Positions 34,074 to 46,583 of a stretch of DNA of 64,000 bases are shown here, in pieces. Positions within the stretch are counted from its first letter, which is position 1; every line of letters starts with the position of its first letter. Origin of the DNA: Eledone cirrhosa (lineage: Eukaryota); the NCBI GenBank assembly GCA_964016885.1, contig OZ024741.1, positions 193,564,001-193,628,000 of the forward strand. The letters are read 5' to 3'. Below the pieces are notes generated by a model. The model saw only the letters and a list, made by a program, of their open reading frames with translations, had not been told where the DNA came from and did not search any database. Both the position numbers and the translations under genes were made by a program.

Positions 34074-37000
34074 TAATAATAATGAAATTATTGTGTAAAG
34101 TGCTCAGGTGCACTACAACTCGTCAAAGGTGTATGTATAGTACATAGAATAATACACAAATGTCAGGGAAGTACATATGTGTATGTGTTAGCTGTAGTGT
34201 TGGCGGATCTTGGGAAGCATGGAGGCCTTAAAGGATGCAGTGTCTGGACAGCTAACAACTGATGCAGGTAGTTTGTTCCATGCTTCAGCAACTCTGAGCG
34301 TGAAAAAATGTTTCCGAAAGTCATGGGAACTGTGCTGTTTTCTACTTTGTGGGCATGTCCACGTGTGTTAGACACATGGAAATCAAAAAGGTACTCAGGG
34401 TTGTTGTTGGCAACATGGTTAACAATTTTGTGGGTGTTTACCAAGTCAGTTGCCAGGCGTCGGAGCTTCAATGAATCCATGCCCAAGGAAGCAAGGCGCT
34501 CAGAGTATGGTAGATGCCTGATGGAGGGTATTCGCTTTGTTGCACGTCTCTGAACAGTTTCCAGGCGGTCAATGTCCTGAGCCAGACTGGTGATGCAAAT
34601 TCTAAGTGTGGTCGTACCATAGCTGTATACAGCCTTAAATAGATATCTGGAGAGCGGCTGACAAAGGTCTTGCTGAGTGATGCTAAGACACCCCCGGCCC
34701 TTTTGACAATTTTAGAGATGAGCCTCGTCCAACACAAATCGCTGCTGACCGTAATGCCCAGGTCACGTTCACAGGAAGACTTCTTGATATTAGTGCTGTG
34801 GAGGGAGTATGTGGACGCTGGGTTTTTACTCCCAAAATGCATGGCGGTGCACTTGTCCACAGCTAGCTTGAGTTGCCAGTCTGAGATCCATTGTTGCATT
34901 GTGCCCAAGTCAGACTGCAAGCAAGATCTATAGTGTTCAGGATCTGTCCTTTTTATCTCAAGGTACAGCTTAATGTCGTCTGCGTACTTTAGTACTGTGG
35001 CATTCCTTAAGTTGGCATCTATGTCATTAATATATGCCACAAACAAAAGGGGGCCAAGAACAGATCCCTGTGGTACACCAGATGACATCTCATATGGTGA
35101 GGAATGCTGTCCCAGAACCGTGACTACCTCTCTTCGACTGAGAATGAAGGACTTCAACCAGTTAAAAAGATCATCCTTCACACCCATTGCAGAGAGTTTT
35201 GCCATAAGCCTTTTGTGTGGCACAGAATTGAAGGCCTTCGCAAAGTCAAGGTAAACAACATCCACCCATGAGCCGCCATCAGTGATCCGGGTGATGTCCT
35301 CAAGAAACTCTATAAGTTGAACACAGCAGCTGGAGTTGGGGATAAATCCAAATTGCGAGGGCCGGATTAGACTGTGAGAGCTCCAGAAGTTCCAAAGTGT
35401 TTCTCTGACACAGGATTCCATCAGTTTGGCGATGCAACTAGTAAGACTGACTGGACGATAGTTCACAGGTGATGTGCGGTCACCCTTTTTGAACAGAGGA
35501 ATGACACTGGCAGTTTTCCACTGTTCTGGAGTAACACTGTTGTTCAGACAGAATTGGAAGAAGCGTGATAACTGGTGTAGAAGGAAGTACCCACCACGTT
35601 TAAGAAGCAGGTACGTAACACCATCAAGACCAGGAGAGGCATGGTTGCGTTTATTTTTTAGGTGAGCCACATCATTGCAGGTGTAAATTCCATGGTTGTA
35701 ATAGAGTCCGGTGTCATAGGTGGTGGAAATGGTACACTCTGGTCTTCAATAGTGAAAATGCCTGCATAGCATTCAGCAATGAGCTCTGCACATTCCTTGG
35801 GGTCGTCAGTAACCTGGCTTGTGTGGGGATTGCGAAGAGGACCAACTGGAGAGTGAGGCCTCTGCTTTGAGTGAACATACTTCCAGAACACCTTACTGTC
35901 AGGGCTGGTTGCTATGCACTGCTCAAATTGAAGCACTGCCTTTTTTGTCACCTGTTTGAGGTGGTTGGACGATCTATTTCGCCTCTTCCTATTAATGTCT
36001 GATTTGTGAAGTTTGTACTCATGTTCAGCATTGCGCCATTCTTTTCTGGCAAGACGGACTGCTGCAGTCTCCCAAATTGCGCTTTTGGGATGTTTTTTCC
36101 GCTTACGTGGCACCGATGCTGCACATGCTGTCCATATTGAGCTCAGGATGTTCTGGAGTACAGTGTTGACATCTCCAGAGTCGTAGAACTCAAGCCAGTT
36201 TGGCCGTTGCAACTCGGTGCAGTAACAGTTCCAGTCTGCTTTATTCCAGTCAAAGTGAGCAGTTTGGAGATGGTTGTGGTTCTTGTTACTGCCCATGAGG
36301 GATAGATTGGCAATGATCATAGCATGATCAGAGTCACCTAAAGGTTCCTCAGCAGTAACACTAATGACCGTTTCAGGAGTAGTGGTGAAGAGTAGGTCCA
36401 AAGTGTTGTCACCTCTCGTTGGGGAGGTGACCACCTGGGACCAACTCGAGTCCAGCACTAGCTCAAGGAAGTCATTTGCACTTGGCGGCCAACGAAAGGT
36501 TTCCCAGTCAATCTCAGGGTGATTGAAGTCACCTGCAATGAAAACATGAGTGGCTGTCTTCCTGGCAGCAGCTCTGAGGATATCACAAAGTTGAGTGTCC
36601 TGATGGTAATTTGGGGGATGGTAAACGACTCCAAGTAGCAGTGTTGACATGGTCATACGTATATCGCCGAAAAAAACTTCCTGCTGTGATTGGTTCAAAT
36701 CAGCACAAGGAATTGCCAACAGATTTGACCGAACGTAGACCATTACACCACCACCACACGACGATTAATGCGGTCTTTATGAAACAGGTTGCAGCCAGTC
36801 ATGCTGAAAACCCCATCACAGAGTAAGGGATGTGCCCAAGTTTCCGTGACTGTAATGAAGTCAGGGTTGATACTTTTGACGTAGGAGTCAAAAAGATGAA
36901 TCTTATTGCATAGACTACGTGCATTCAAGGACAACAATTTCTACCTTGATTCCAGTCTATGATTATGTGCAGGGGATGGCAGGTTGTTCTGATTTAGTTT

Positions 37001-37680
37001 CCCAGAGTTTTTTCAGTTTCTTTATTGTCAGTTGTTGTGGGTACAGTGTTTTCAGACCAGCTGGTGTCTCTTTTCCATGATTCGCCAGCCTTAACAAACT
37101 TCCATATCTGCCCATCATCTTGTAGGCTGAAGCTTTCATGTTCTGCCGAGCTGCGGTTTAAGGAAGCTTCAGCACGCAACTTTGGGCGGACATCAGGTGG
37201 AAGACCAGGGCGTGTTCGGAAAGCAATCCGACTTTCACACCTAGCTTTATCAGAGGCTACAAGGTATGAACGTGCCTCAGTTGAGTTTGAAAACGACAGT
37301 CTAATTAACCTGGGTTTCGGGCCTGGTCGGCCAAGGCATAGAGCACCCTTTGCGGGAGCACAGCCCAGGTCTTTGGATGAACTGGCAGCAAATGCCTGAA
37401 GATCAACTATGTCTTCTGGTACACCCATGGCAATCACTTCGTGGTTTGCAGATTCAGTGGCATTCTCAATGCGTCTCGGTTCAACATGAGGTACGCGGAG
37501 ATTTTTTAACAAGGCACTCCAGTAAGATCCCTCATTGTGGGGTTCTACACGAATGCTTGATTCTATTTCCGCTATTTCTTGGCTTAAAGCGGAAATCATT
37601 TGCCGTATTTCCTCAAACTCCGTATTGACGGTCGGTTTTTGTTGTTGTTCTTCTCCTTCAACAGGCATGGTAGAAGACAC
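34074..37680 (-). mobile_element. CR1-group LINE: ORF1-like 228-aa frame plus frameshifted APE-RT ORF2
   Basis: ORF 36994..37680 lies upstream of LSLNARSL; AGDFNHP and GDSDH; YLDFAKAF, GVPQGSVLGP and YADD; same 3'UTR as 9479-12545. Confidence 0.94.
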
Positions 37681-37975
37681 AGTCGTATATTGGCTCTACT
37701 TCGAATAGTTTTAAGACGAGATATATTTCCCATATTCATGCTTTCAAAAATTCAAAGCTTAAGCATGCGACCTCATTATCTAGTTTTATATCATATTTGA
37801 AGAACAATGAGACACCTTACACCCTGACCTGGAAGGTGATTGCCAAAATTTAATCCCATAAACCTCCCAATAAAATGTGTAACCTTTGCCTTATTGAGTC
37901 TCATATCATTATTTACTCTAAACTAAATTTATTAAATAGGAAATCTGAAATCTTTTCCACTTGTCCTCCTATAAA
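37681..37975 (+). mobile_element. Penelope-like remnant, distal GIY-YIG half
   Basis: SYIGSTSNSFKTRYISH...TSLSSFISYLK...WKVIAK...CNLCLIE...LLNRKSEIFSTC. Confidence 0.85.
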
Positions 37976-38160
37976 TCTCCATTCTTTTCACTATTTTGTA
38001 CCTATTAACTAATTTATATCAATGTAGATTTTATACCTTATATTTTTCAGTACCTCTAGTATCACTGTATAATAATTATTTAATTGCACTTTTAAACCTA
38101 AAAGTGTATATGTTTAACTACTATATAGTGTCTACCATTCTTCACAAATTTACTCACACA

Positions 38161-38618
38161 TCATCATCATCATTTTATGTCTGCTTTTCTTTGTTTGCAA
38201 GGCTGGGACAGGTCATCTTCAGCACACCATCTCTCCATTCGTCACGGTCCTTTGTCATCTCCTCTGTGAGCTTCAGCGATCTGAGGTCAGCTCTCACCAC
38301 CTCTGCCCATGATTTTCGTGGTCTTCCTCTACTGTGTCTCCCTTCTACTGGCATTTCTTGGCACTTCTTTACCCAGCGGAAAATCCTCCATGCGCATCAC
38401 ATGCCCATACCAATGCAGACTTCTCTCCCGCACACTACAGTTTATGCACAGTTTCTCATACACAGTTTCTCTCTCAACTTGTCTATGCTTGGTCGTTCAT
38501 GCACATTGACATTGGAGCATGCTTGCTTCATTTCTCTCCAGCCATCACATTTCCTCTGCAGTTGCTGCCCATGTCTCATTACCATGCTGCATTATGCATC
38601 TCACACAGGCATCATATA
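38161..38618 (-). mobile_element. RTE short-tail lineage 3' fragment
   Basis: Reverse complement of about 30810-31280. Confidence 0.85.
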
Positions 38619-38869
38619 ACCAGCACATCTCTTCTATTACCACTACATTTTATTATAACAACTACATCACATTTAGGGAACTTAATAATACATTGTTTCC
38701 ACACCTTATTTCACAACCCTCACTTATATTTATTTTTGGCTAATAATTTTAAAACAACCATTACCTCACTCACTATTTTTATTTAGCATTTACATTACTC
38801 TATATATATACTATTATATTTTCATGGTAAAGGCTTTACCTCACATAATTATCTCACATAAAATTGAAT

Positions 38870-39005
38870 CTATGAGATTTTGATGTTATTTATTTTGAGA
38901 ACATTACCTTAACATCAGTATGAGTGGCCAGTTACAGCTGGTTTGAACAGAAAGAGGTGAGAGAATTCTGGCCGGATATAACCGGTTTAAATGCTAATGG
39001 GTTAA
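38870..39005. mobile_element. Possible piggyBac-type MITE terminus
   Basis: Ends CCGGTTTAAATGCTAATGGG followed by TTAA (TTAA-CCC terminus pattern). The partner end was not found. Confidence 0.35.
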
Positions 39006-40145
39006 CTATTCAATTCTAGTAAAATTAACTTAGAAAATTCTTTATCCTCTAATATTGCTTAACATTTTAAATATACATAATTAGTTTTTTAATAATGCAT
39101 AGCATTTTTAGCATACATTGATAATTTCTTTCTCTGTAATTTGTAAATTTATTATTCTTTTAAAGTTCTTTAGTTGGCAATCATTAACCCTGGAAATGTT
39201 CTAATTCGATCCTCATACATCTTTACATACTAAATTTTTCTATTTTTCCTTACTAAAAATATATATTAACTCTCTAATATATAGAATTTCTTACATGAAT
39301 TACCTCCCCTTTATTTTGTTTTAACCGTTTTTTTTTTAAGGGTTAATTTTTAAATTCCATGCTAAGTAGGATGATTTGTACTCTTGATGGTGTGTGACGT
39401 TATCGCCTTTATTGAACTATGTGCCACTTTGGACAATGTGTCTTTAGTGCCTCATTGATAATACTTCCAGCTATATTGGATTTCTTTACTTTGAAGACTT
39501 GATGGTGGTATTTATTTGCCTCACACTACATTAGCTCCTTTGGACGTTTTGAAAATTATGACTGCATTATGTACTCGAAGTTATAGTCTTGCATCTGTCT
39601 GTAATCCCTGGCTATGATACACGTGCATCTGACCTTTTTAGAATATTTTTTTTAATATATTTTTTTTTAAATATATTTTTTAAATTTATATTTGAAATGC
39701 ATACTTTCTCTTATTAACTCTCTTATTAACTTTCTTAACTATCTTTGATATATGATTTTCATTCTACTTAATTTATCTGTATAAGCATATTTTTTTCATT
39801 TTATTTTTTTTTATTGCATTTATCTGCACCTATTTTTCATGTTTTTCTGCCTCAGCTACCTTATATAAATTTTAATGCTTACACTTATCTGACCGCCCAT
39901 ATTATGTATCCTCCTAATGTTCTTGTGACAAAGTTTTGATCTTATATTTGTGCTTGACTTTTGTTATCAACTGTGATTATTCCGGGTTTGTGCTAGGATG
40001 CAACTATCATCAGTGATTAAATGTTTGAAAGTTTAAACAGTCTTTGATTGTAATTTACATTGTATTTCAGCTCTGTATTATTTTACATTGAGCTATTTTC
40101 ATACTTGTAACTGGGTAATATTTATTATTACCTACTATATATATA

Positions 40146-40186
<41 letters not shown>

Positions 40187-40226
40187 TATAATATATATAT
40201 AATATATATATATATAATATATATAT

Positions 40227-40524
40227 AGAGGAGGATACACGAAAGAATGTGTTTTCGATTACAGGTGGTATAAGACCACAAGAGTGAAAAGAGTGAAAAA
40301 CATAAAAACTACAAAAGGTATGGGAAATAAATTATAATTAAAAAGATAAATTAAAAAGGAATAACCCACCTTTATAACTATATGACACCTGTACAGACTT
40401 ACAAAGAGAATGTTTCACCATAATTAGTGTAAGAATCATATCAACTCATGGATCTTCAGCAGGTGTAAAGAAGATACGTTCCACACTTCTAATCGAAAAC
40501 ATATTCTTTCGTGTATTCTCCTCT
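40227..40524. repeat. ~41-bp inverted repeat cassette (40227-40268 / 40484-40524) after a (TA)n tract
   Basis: AGAGGAGGATACACGAAAGAATGTGTTTTCGATTACAGGTG versus the reverse complement of CACTTCTAATCGAAAACATATTCTTTCGTGTATTCTCCTCT. Confidence 0.85.
40385..40466 (-). ncRNA. Type I hammerhead ribozyme with intact core
   Basis: Minus strand: stem I ACACCTG/CAGGTGT (7 bp), CTGAAGA, stem II T-CCATGA...TTATGG-T, GAAA, stem III ACA/TGT, GUA triplet. Confidence 0.82.
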
Positions 40525-40589
40525 CTATATTGTATTTTGAAGAGCCTGGAACTTTTTCCCTTGAGCTCATTATATATGTCTAAAAGTCT

Positions 40590-40853
40590 AATGTCTGTCT
40601 TAAGCCAGAAGGCTCTTTTGGCCAGTGCTTATCCCGGTTTCATGGCGTGAAGTGACTGAGAGTACAGGACGCCAGTCCATCGCAGGGTTAAACCTCCAGC
40701 TATTGCTGGTACTCATTTTCAGCTGAGTAAACTGGAGCAACATGAAATAAAGTGTCTTGCTCAAGGAAACAACACATCACCCGGTCCGAGAATTGAACTC
40801 ACAACCTTTTGATTGCAAGCCTACTGCTCTAACCACTAAGCCATGCGCCTTCA
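40590..40853 (-). mobile_element. SINE family 1 head and core with an alternative tail (V-domain-like motif)
   Basis: After CAGCTGAAAATGAG the sequence continues TACCAGC..ACCCTGCGATGGACTGGCGTCCTGT..TGAAACCGGGATAAGC..(TTAGAC). Confidence 0.8.
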
Positions 40854-40875
40854 CCATTATATATGTATGTATGTA

Positions 40876-41190
40876 AAGGTACATGGCTTAGTGTTTGGAG
40901 CATTGGGCTTTCAATTGTGAGGTTGTGAGTTCAATTGTCAGACAGAGTGATGGATTGTATCCTTGAGCAAGACACTTTATTCCATGTTGCTCCTGTTCAC
41001 TCAGCTGTAAAAATGAGTTGTCACGTCACTAGTGCCAAGCTATATCAGCCATTGCTTTTTCCTTGGATAACATTGGTGGCATGGAGAAGGGAGTCTGGGA
41101 CGTATAGGCAACTACTGGTCTTCCACAAACACACTTTGCCCAGGCTTGTGCCTCAGAGGGAAAACATTCTAGGTGCAAAATCATGGTCAT
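40876..41190 (+). mobile_element. Diverged SINE family 1 head and core with a third tail type
   Basis: After CAGCTGTAAAAATGAG the tail reads TTGTCACGTCACTAGTGCCAAG...GGCAACTACTGGTCTTCCAC...TCATGGTCAT. Confidence 0.75.
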
Positions 41191-41452
41191 ACATTTATAT
41201 ATATCACCATTATCATCCTCATTTAATATCTCTTTTTCCTTTGTGGCATGGGTTAGATGGATTATTAAATATCAAGTCAGTACTTAATCAGAGCTAATTA
41301 CTTGGCTAAAACATTACTTTTTTGATAGATGAGAGTTCTTACCTGAAGATCACTGGCATGAAAAAGGCATTGTGAGAAAGGAATTCAATTTAAATAAAAA
41401 CAATAATGTGTGTGTGCATGTATGTGTGTATATGAATAAGATAAAGTATTAC

Positions 41453-41665
41453 CTGGAAAAATGAGTGTATTTCCGGTGACCAATCGATGGATAAGGCATT
41501 GCGATCTATCCATTTTGATGACTTGATAAACTCACGAGTAGAATATGTCACATTTGGATCACCGATATGATATTGGACGTAAATCTTCTCTTGTGAAAAA
41601 ATCCTCTTAGCAATATCATTGTTGGCTAATTTTTCTGGATTTCGAAGGAATTCTTCAATGATTGT
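41453..41665 (-). CDS. DRC7: DRC7/CCDC135-like internal exon E (TIIEEFLRNPEKLANNDIAKRIFSQEKIYVQYHIGDPNVTYSTREFIK...IHSFFQ)
   Basis: ttcttcttcag|ACA...CAG|gtaata, 213 nt, phase 0 to 0, no stops. Resembles DRC7 'ITERFFRNPAKPAEEDVAERVF...IQLRYH...TASKREF'. Confidence 0.9.
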
Positions 41666-42599
41666 CTGAAGAAGAAGAAATCATTATCAAATTGAGTTGT
41701 GTTGATGTTCACCCCCCATCACACACACATACACAGCTATTTTTACACTAAGAATACCTACTGCATTAAAAAAAAAAAACATTAAAGAGAAAGCTAACAT
41801 ATTTAATGTAATGAGTTAAGAACTTTTAATTAAAATTACACCCATAATGAAGAAAAATATTCCTAATTATATATTTTTGTCATATAGCATGCACCCTTCT
41901 CGTTTATGCATCCTCAATCCCCATCAATGCCTCCCCAGACAGATGAGAGACACAGAGTACCTATGAGTTGTGATGTAGTGTTAGTGCCTTGATAAATGGC
42001 ACTAAGCACATTCTGTAAAGTGATAGTGCCAGAGTCCTGATAAACTGGTCCCAGTTCATGCAGTAAAGCAGTTGGTGTTAGGAAGGACATTCAGCTGTAG
42101 AAACCATACACTCAGTACATGCTGTAAGATAGCTGGCTTTAGGATAGGCATCCAACCATAGAAACCAAGCCAAACAGAACAAACGAGCAGGTCATGGTCA
42201 CCATTGCCAGTTTGGCTTCAGCCCACGACAGCCCATCTAACCAATACAAGCATGGAAAATAGATATTAAATGGTGGTAGTGATGATGGTGGTGGCGGTGG
42301 TGGTGGTGGTGGTGGTGGTGGTGGTAGTGATAAAAAAACAAAAAAAAACAGGGCATTATAATTAATTAAAATAAATTAAAAATATAATACATATAAATAA
42401 TATAATACACATAAACACCAAGTGTCAGAACACTTCTGGTCACAAGCCAATGAAATAACCTCTATGTAGTTGCTCATCCTCTGAGAAAATACAACCAAAT
42501 TTTTCTCAACTCCTATTCTATGAAGGACACAAACATTGGAAAATGTAGTCCTGGATATTTGAAAAAATAAGTTAACCATAGTTTAAATGCTTTTGATCA

Positions 42600-43120
42600 G
42601 GACTTGCCTTAGACTGAACAAACTAAAAAAGTTCCCTACTCTGACAATGTCCCTTGTATCCCTATAAAATGGGAGTCTTGTCAGCTAGCCCCTATCCTTG
42701 TCAAATTCTTAATTCTTTCTCTTTATACAAGGATCTATCCTGATCATGCTACAGTGTTTCCTAACCTTTAGAAGGAGCAATTTCTCTGATTCTGTTAACT
42801 ATTGACCACTTGCTCTCCCTTCCAACATTTCAAAAGCTCTCTGCTAGATCCCCATTGTAGAGGCACACCAGTATATAGCTTCTGTCAGATTAGGATGGAC
42901 ACACAATGATTGAGTCTTATCAAATATATAGAAGATTTCCACTGACACACTGTGGAACTATTTCCCAACAGGGGTACTCCACTGATGGTAATATTACAGA
43001 TCATCTTCATGGTTTTCCACTACTGACAGTAGTAAAAACTGATTAATGCTGATTTTGGTCAGAATTTTATCAGAGAAGTTGACACTTGTCTTGGATAGTG
43101 TCACCAGATTAACAGAAGCA
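42600..43120 (+). mobile_element. Highly decayed LINE RT remnant
   Basis: QLAPILVKFLILSLYTRIYP..SDSVNY*PLALPSNISK resembles RT domain 0-1. Confidence 0.5.
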
Positions 43121-44116
43121 TTTATGTTTCTGGAAATGACTATATATGACAACTTTCACTACATGAACCAATGTGGAGTCACTAAGAAGTCACTCAAACA
43201 GCTAGAAATAGCAGTCAAATCTCCCTAAAATCATATTATACTCTCTTAAAAACAAAGGACACACCCAGCAGTGTAGGACAAGACAACTCTAAAGATCAAA
43301 TAGGCTTAAAAAAATAACTTATAATATATCATACATTGATTAGGGAGTAAATATGTCTTTATTGGAGCACTGATCAATTTAGATTAGTTATAAGATTTTA
43401 GCATGTGCTCTAGTTTGGTTTAGGCCTCCAAGTGAGTGTGACCTTACACAACCGGGTGAAGAGCAGGGTGATCATTATAACAAATTGCAGCCTCTAAGAC
43501 CTTTTTAGGTCCTCTATGACTGGTAGGAGAAAATTAGGAAGTTATCTTTAGGCAAGACCCTTAGCCTGAAAGCCTACAATGGAGTGGGTGCCAACAAAGG
43601 GAGTCAGATGGTGGTATTAACTTTTTTTATACCTCCCAAAACTGCCTCTTGCACTAGGAAACAAAACCAGACATTTTAAAAGTTTCCAATTTAAATTATA
43701 TCTCGCAACATAATTTGATATAAGAACTGTTTGTTAAGTTAATAATGAAATAAGTAGAAAATTCTGAAAATTCTTCATTAATTAATTCCAATGCAGTGTA
43801 TGTCATTAGATATATGATAATGAAAGAGTTAAACAAATAAAAGCTTTAGTCTACCCAAAAAAACAGAAATGATGTCTCCAATGGATTTCCGTAGAATTCC
43901 TTTCTAATAAATTTCACTCATAAAACTATGATTGAATCAAAGCTATTGTAGAAGAATTGTACATAAGGTGCCATACAGTAGTATGTGTGTGTGTGTGTGT
44001 ACTATATGTGTTTATGTGTGAATATGTGTTTATGAGTATGTTTGCATGTGTGTATTGCTGTATGTGTGTCAATGGGTGTGTATTTGTGTAATCAAGCTAT
44101 TTTAAAGTTTTCTCAC

Positions 44117-44346
44117 CAAGATGGGCCTTGGTTCATACTCTGCACTGATCTGAGGAGCAAACACAAGGGCTCGACATCCAAATTCAACAGACTTGTAACA
44201 GAGTAAGTCTTTACGTCCAATGAAATATTCAGTGATGGAGGTGGGGGTTTCGATTCTCTTTTCCAGACCATCTACTCTGGCTTCATTATAGAATATCATT
44301 GTTCGGTCACTCTCTGGGCCTACGCTGTCAAACTTGTAACAGTGTT
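44117..44346 (-). CDS. DRC7: DRC7/CCDC135-like internal exon D (EHCYKFDSVGPESDRTMIFYNEARVDGLEKRIETPTSITEYFIGRKDLL...EPRPIL)
   Basis: ttttgtttcag|AA...TTG|gtgaga, 230 nt, phase 1 to 0. FY..ARVDGL..R.ETP...TEY..GR.D and PRPI motifs resemble DRC7. Partly seen in ORF 44102..44299. Confidence 0.92.
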
Positions 44347-45339
44347 CTGAAACAAAAGGAGGTAACTTTGTTGGAATTATTACTGTGATGGTGGTAGTTA
44401 TGGTGGTAATTGCTCTTGTTGTTGTTATCGTTGTTATTGTGTTATTGTTGGTGGTGTTGCTGTTGTTGTTATTGTTGTTTTTGTTTAACCCAAGGTCAGC
44501 TCAGAGTAAACATATGGTCAAAGGCATACCAGCTGAGCATCCCATATATTTTGTTTTTCAGCTAATGAATCTAGGACTACTATCTCCCATTTCCACTAGT
44601 GTCTGGCCACCCTTGCTGTACAAAAGATCTTACAGAGGACTGCTACCATAATGCTATAGATGTATACAACAAGCAATGAGAAGATATGGGAGAAACTGCT
44701 TAAGCATGACACAAAGTATATTAGGCATAGGAAACCAATCCATAGAATGGTTGTGATGGGTTTAGTTTTCTCTTAGAGCATCTTGTGTGCTTGGGCAACC
44801 TTCTAAAACAGCTGGAGAACAGGGCGATAAAATAAAACACTGAGTTTTGGTTAAAATCGGTTTGCTCCAAGATATGTCACATGGATACTCTTATACCAAT
44901 GCTCAATGTTTACACTAACAACCTTATGTGTTCAGCTAGTAGCATCAAATTCCATCTTGCTACTAACATCTATCAACACACAGCTCTAAGTAAAATACCT
45001 AAGTTAGTGCCACAACTGTAAAGGAGAGTTTTGCAGTTGAACGTTTTTCCCAGTTGCTGCCCTCCTGGAAACTGGTCCTAAGCCTGCACATCTCATTTCC
45101 ATTTGAAAAATCCTCATGCAGGTTTCCTTCCTTGTTGCCTATTCATCATCAGCTCCAGCCTTTGGAGTTGGGAGCGGTTGTTCCTGAGATTATCTGACCA
45201 CGATTCCCCATGCATGGTGGTCTGGATATGGTAAGGGTTATGACATTGACTGGAGCAATAGCCTATTTTATATCCTACTCAAATGGCAAAACAGCTCTCT
45301 TTAGGAACAGCCTTCTTTAACAGGAACAGTGAGTAAAAG

Positions 45340-45830
45340 ATTTCCCCAAAATAAAGCTTGCTCCACCACTGACTTGTTCATTAAACACAACTAATTCTGG
45401 TTAACTAATTCTCTAAGCAACAAAAGGAAAAAGTTAAACAAGTTAAATGGAATGTTTGTACTCTGCAAGATAATGTTAAGAGACTGCAGGGATAGATGGT
45501 CATTATGTCACAGGAACTACTTTAGTACATCATTGTAGAAGCCCAGAGTAGATCCCATTGGCATAGCTGGACTGGCATAAGATTTATAGTTAAGCCCTGC
45601 TATGTCCATCTTGACACTCTTCCACAAGGAGTTAATGATCAGCTGATGACATCGCACCTTCATCCCGACAGTGCTTATGTCACCATGATTAGTGCATATA
45701 CACTAAGCATAATGCACAGAAAAGACCAAAGAATAGTTCTATGAAGAGCTCAACAGAATCAACCAAACCCCTCCTCACTCTAACAAGCTTGTAATCCTAG
45801 GAGACTTAAACACTCATGGTGGGCAGTGTA
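45340..45830 (+). mobile_element. Decayed RTE/BovB-type endonuclease remnant
   Basis: GVNDQLMT, VTMISAY, FYEELNRI, KLVILGDLN. Confidence 0.6.
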
Positions 45831-46583
45831 CAAAATACAAGGAGGTCTTCAAAACCATTTTGAAGTCATGCCAAATCAATAACATAGGAAGAACAAGCCA
45901 GCAACAGAGCAAGATGGCAGATATGCCACAAAAACACTGTTCACTTCAAGAGTGATCACATTGGCCAACTGGCTGCCTGCCATCACAAGCAGTCCAGCTC
46001 CACTAGTATCATCCACACATCATCATCCACACATTATCACATTTGTTATAAATGTAACAATCACTGTGGGTGACAATTACGATTCAGTAGCCAGTGGATA
46101 TGTAGATATCCAATCAAAGATGCCCAGAGAGCAATATTTGTCATTGGTTACAACTTTCCTCCACATCATCATCATCATCAACACTTTTTTAAATTGTCAA
46201 AGGTCGGATTTGAAGGAGATATGATTTTTTATACAATATACACACTATTTTCACTATATTTTTTATTGTATTTATTTCATATTACATTTTATTAAAATTA
46301 GTGTTACAGAAACACATACAAACAGATGTGTGTGTGTGTGTGTGTGTGTGTGTCTGTGAATGCGTATGTGTTTTTGTGTGTATTTGTGTATAATCAAAAC
46401 CTTCTAGGATTGAATACATAAAATTATTCAGCTCTCTCTCTCCTCTAACAGCTTTAGTGAACCATAGATTGTTCTATTCTACTTTCCTCTGGTAGCCCAA
46501 AACCCCAAGAAAAATATGGTCTACAAAAACTACCAGTATAAATTCTATTCAAGAGAGGGTAGAAATCTTGTAGGAATACTGAC

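Noticed and set aside
41343-41352. 10-nt micro-exon with a strong GTAAG donor
   Set aside because: It would start with TGA in frame and shift the frame; no supporting evidence.
44385-44651. Hydrophobic signal-peptide-like ORF
   Set aside because: Derived from (GTT)/(GGT) low-complexity intronic sequence.
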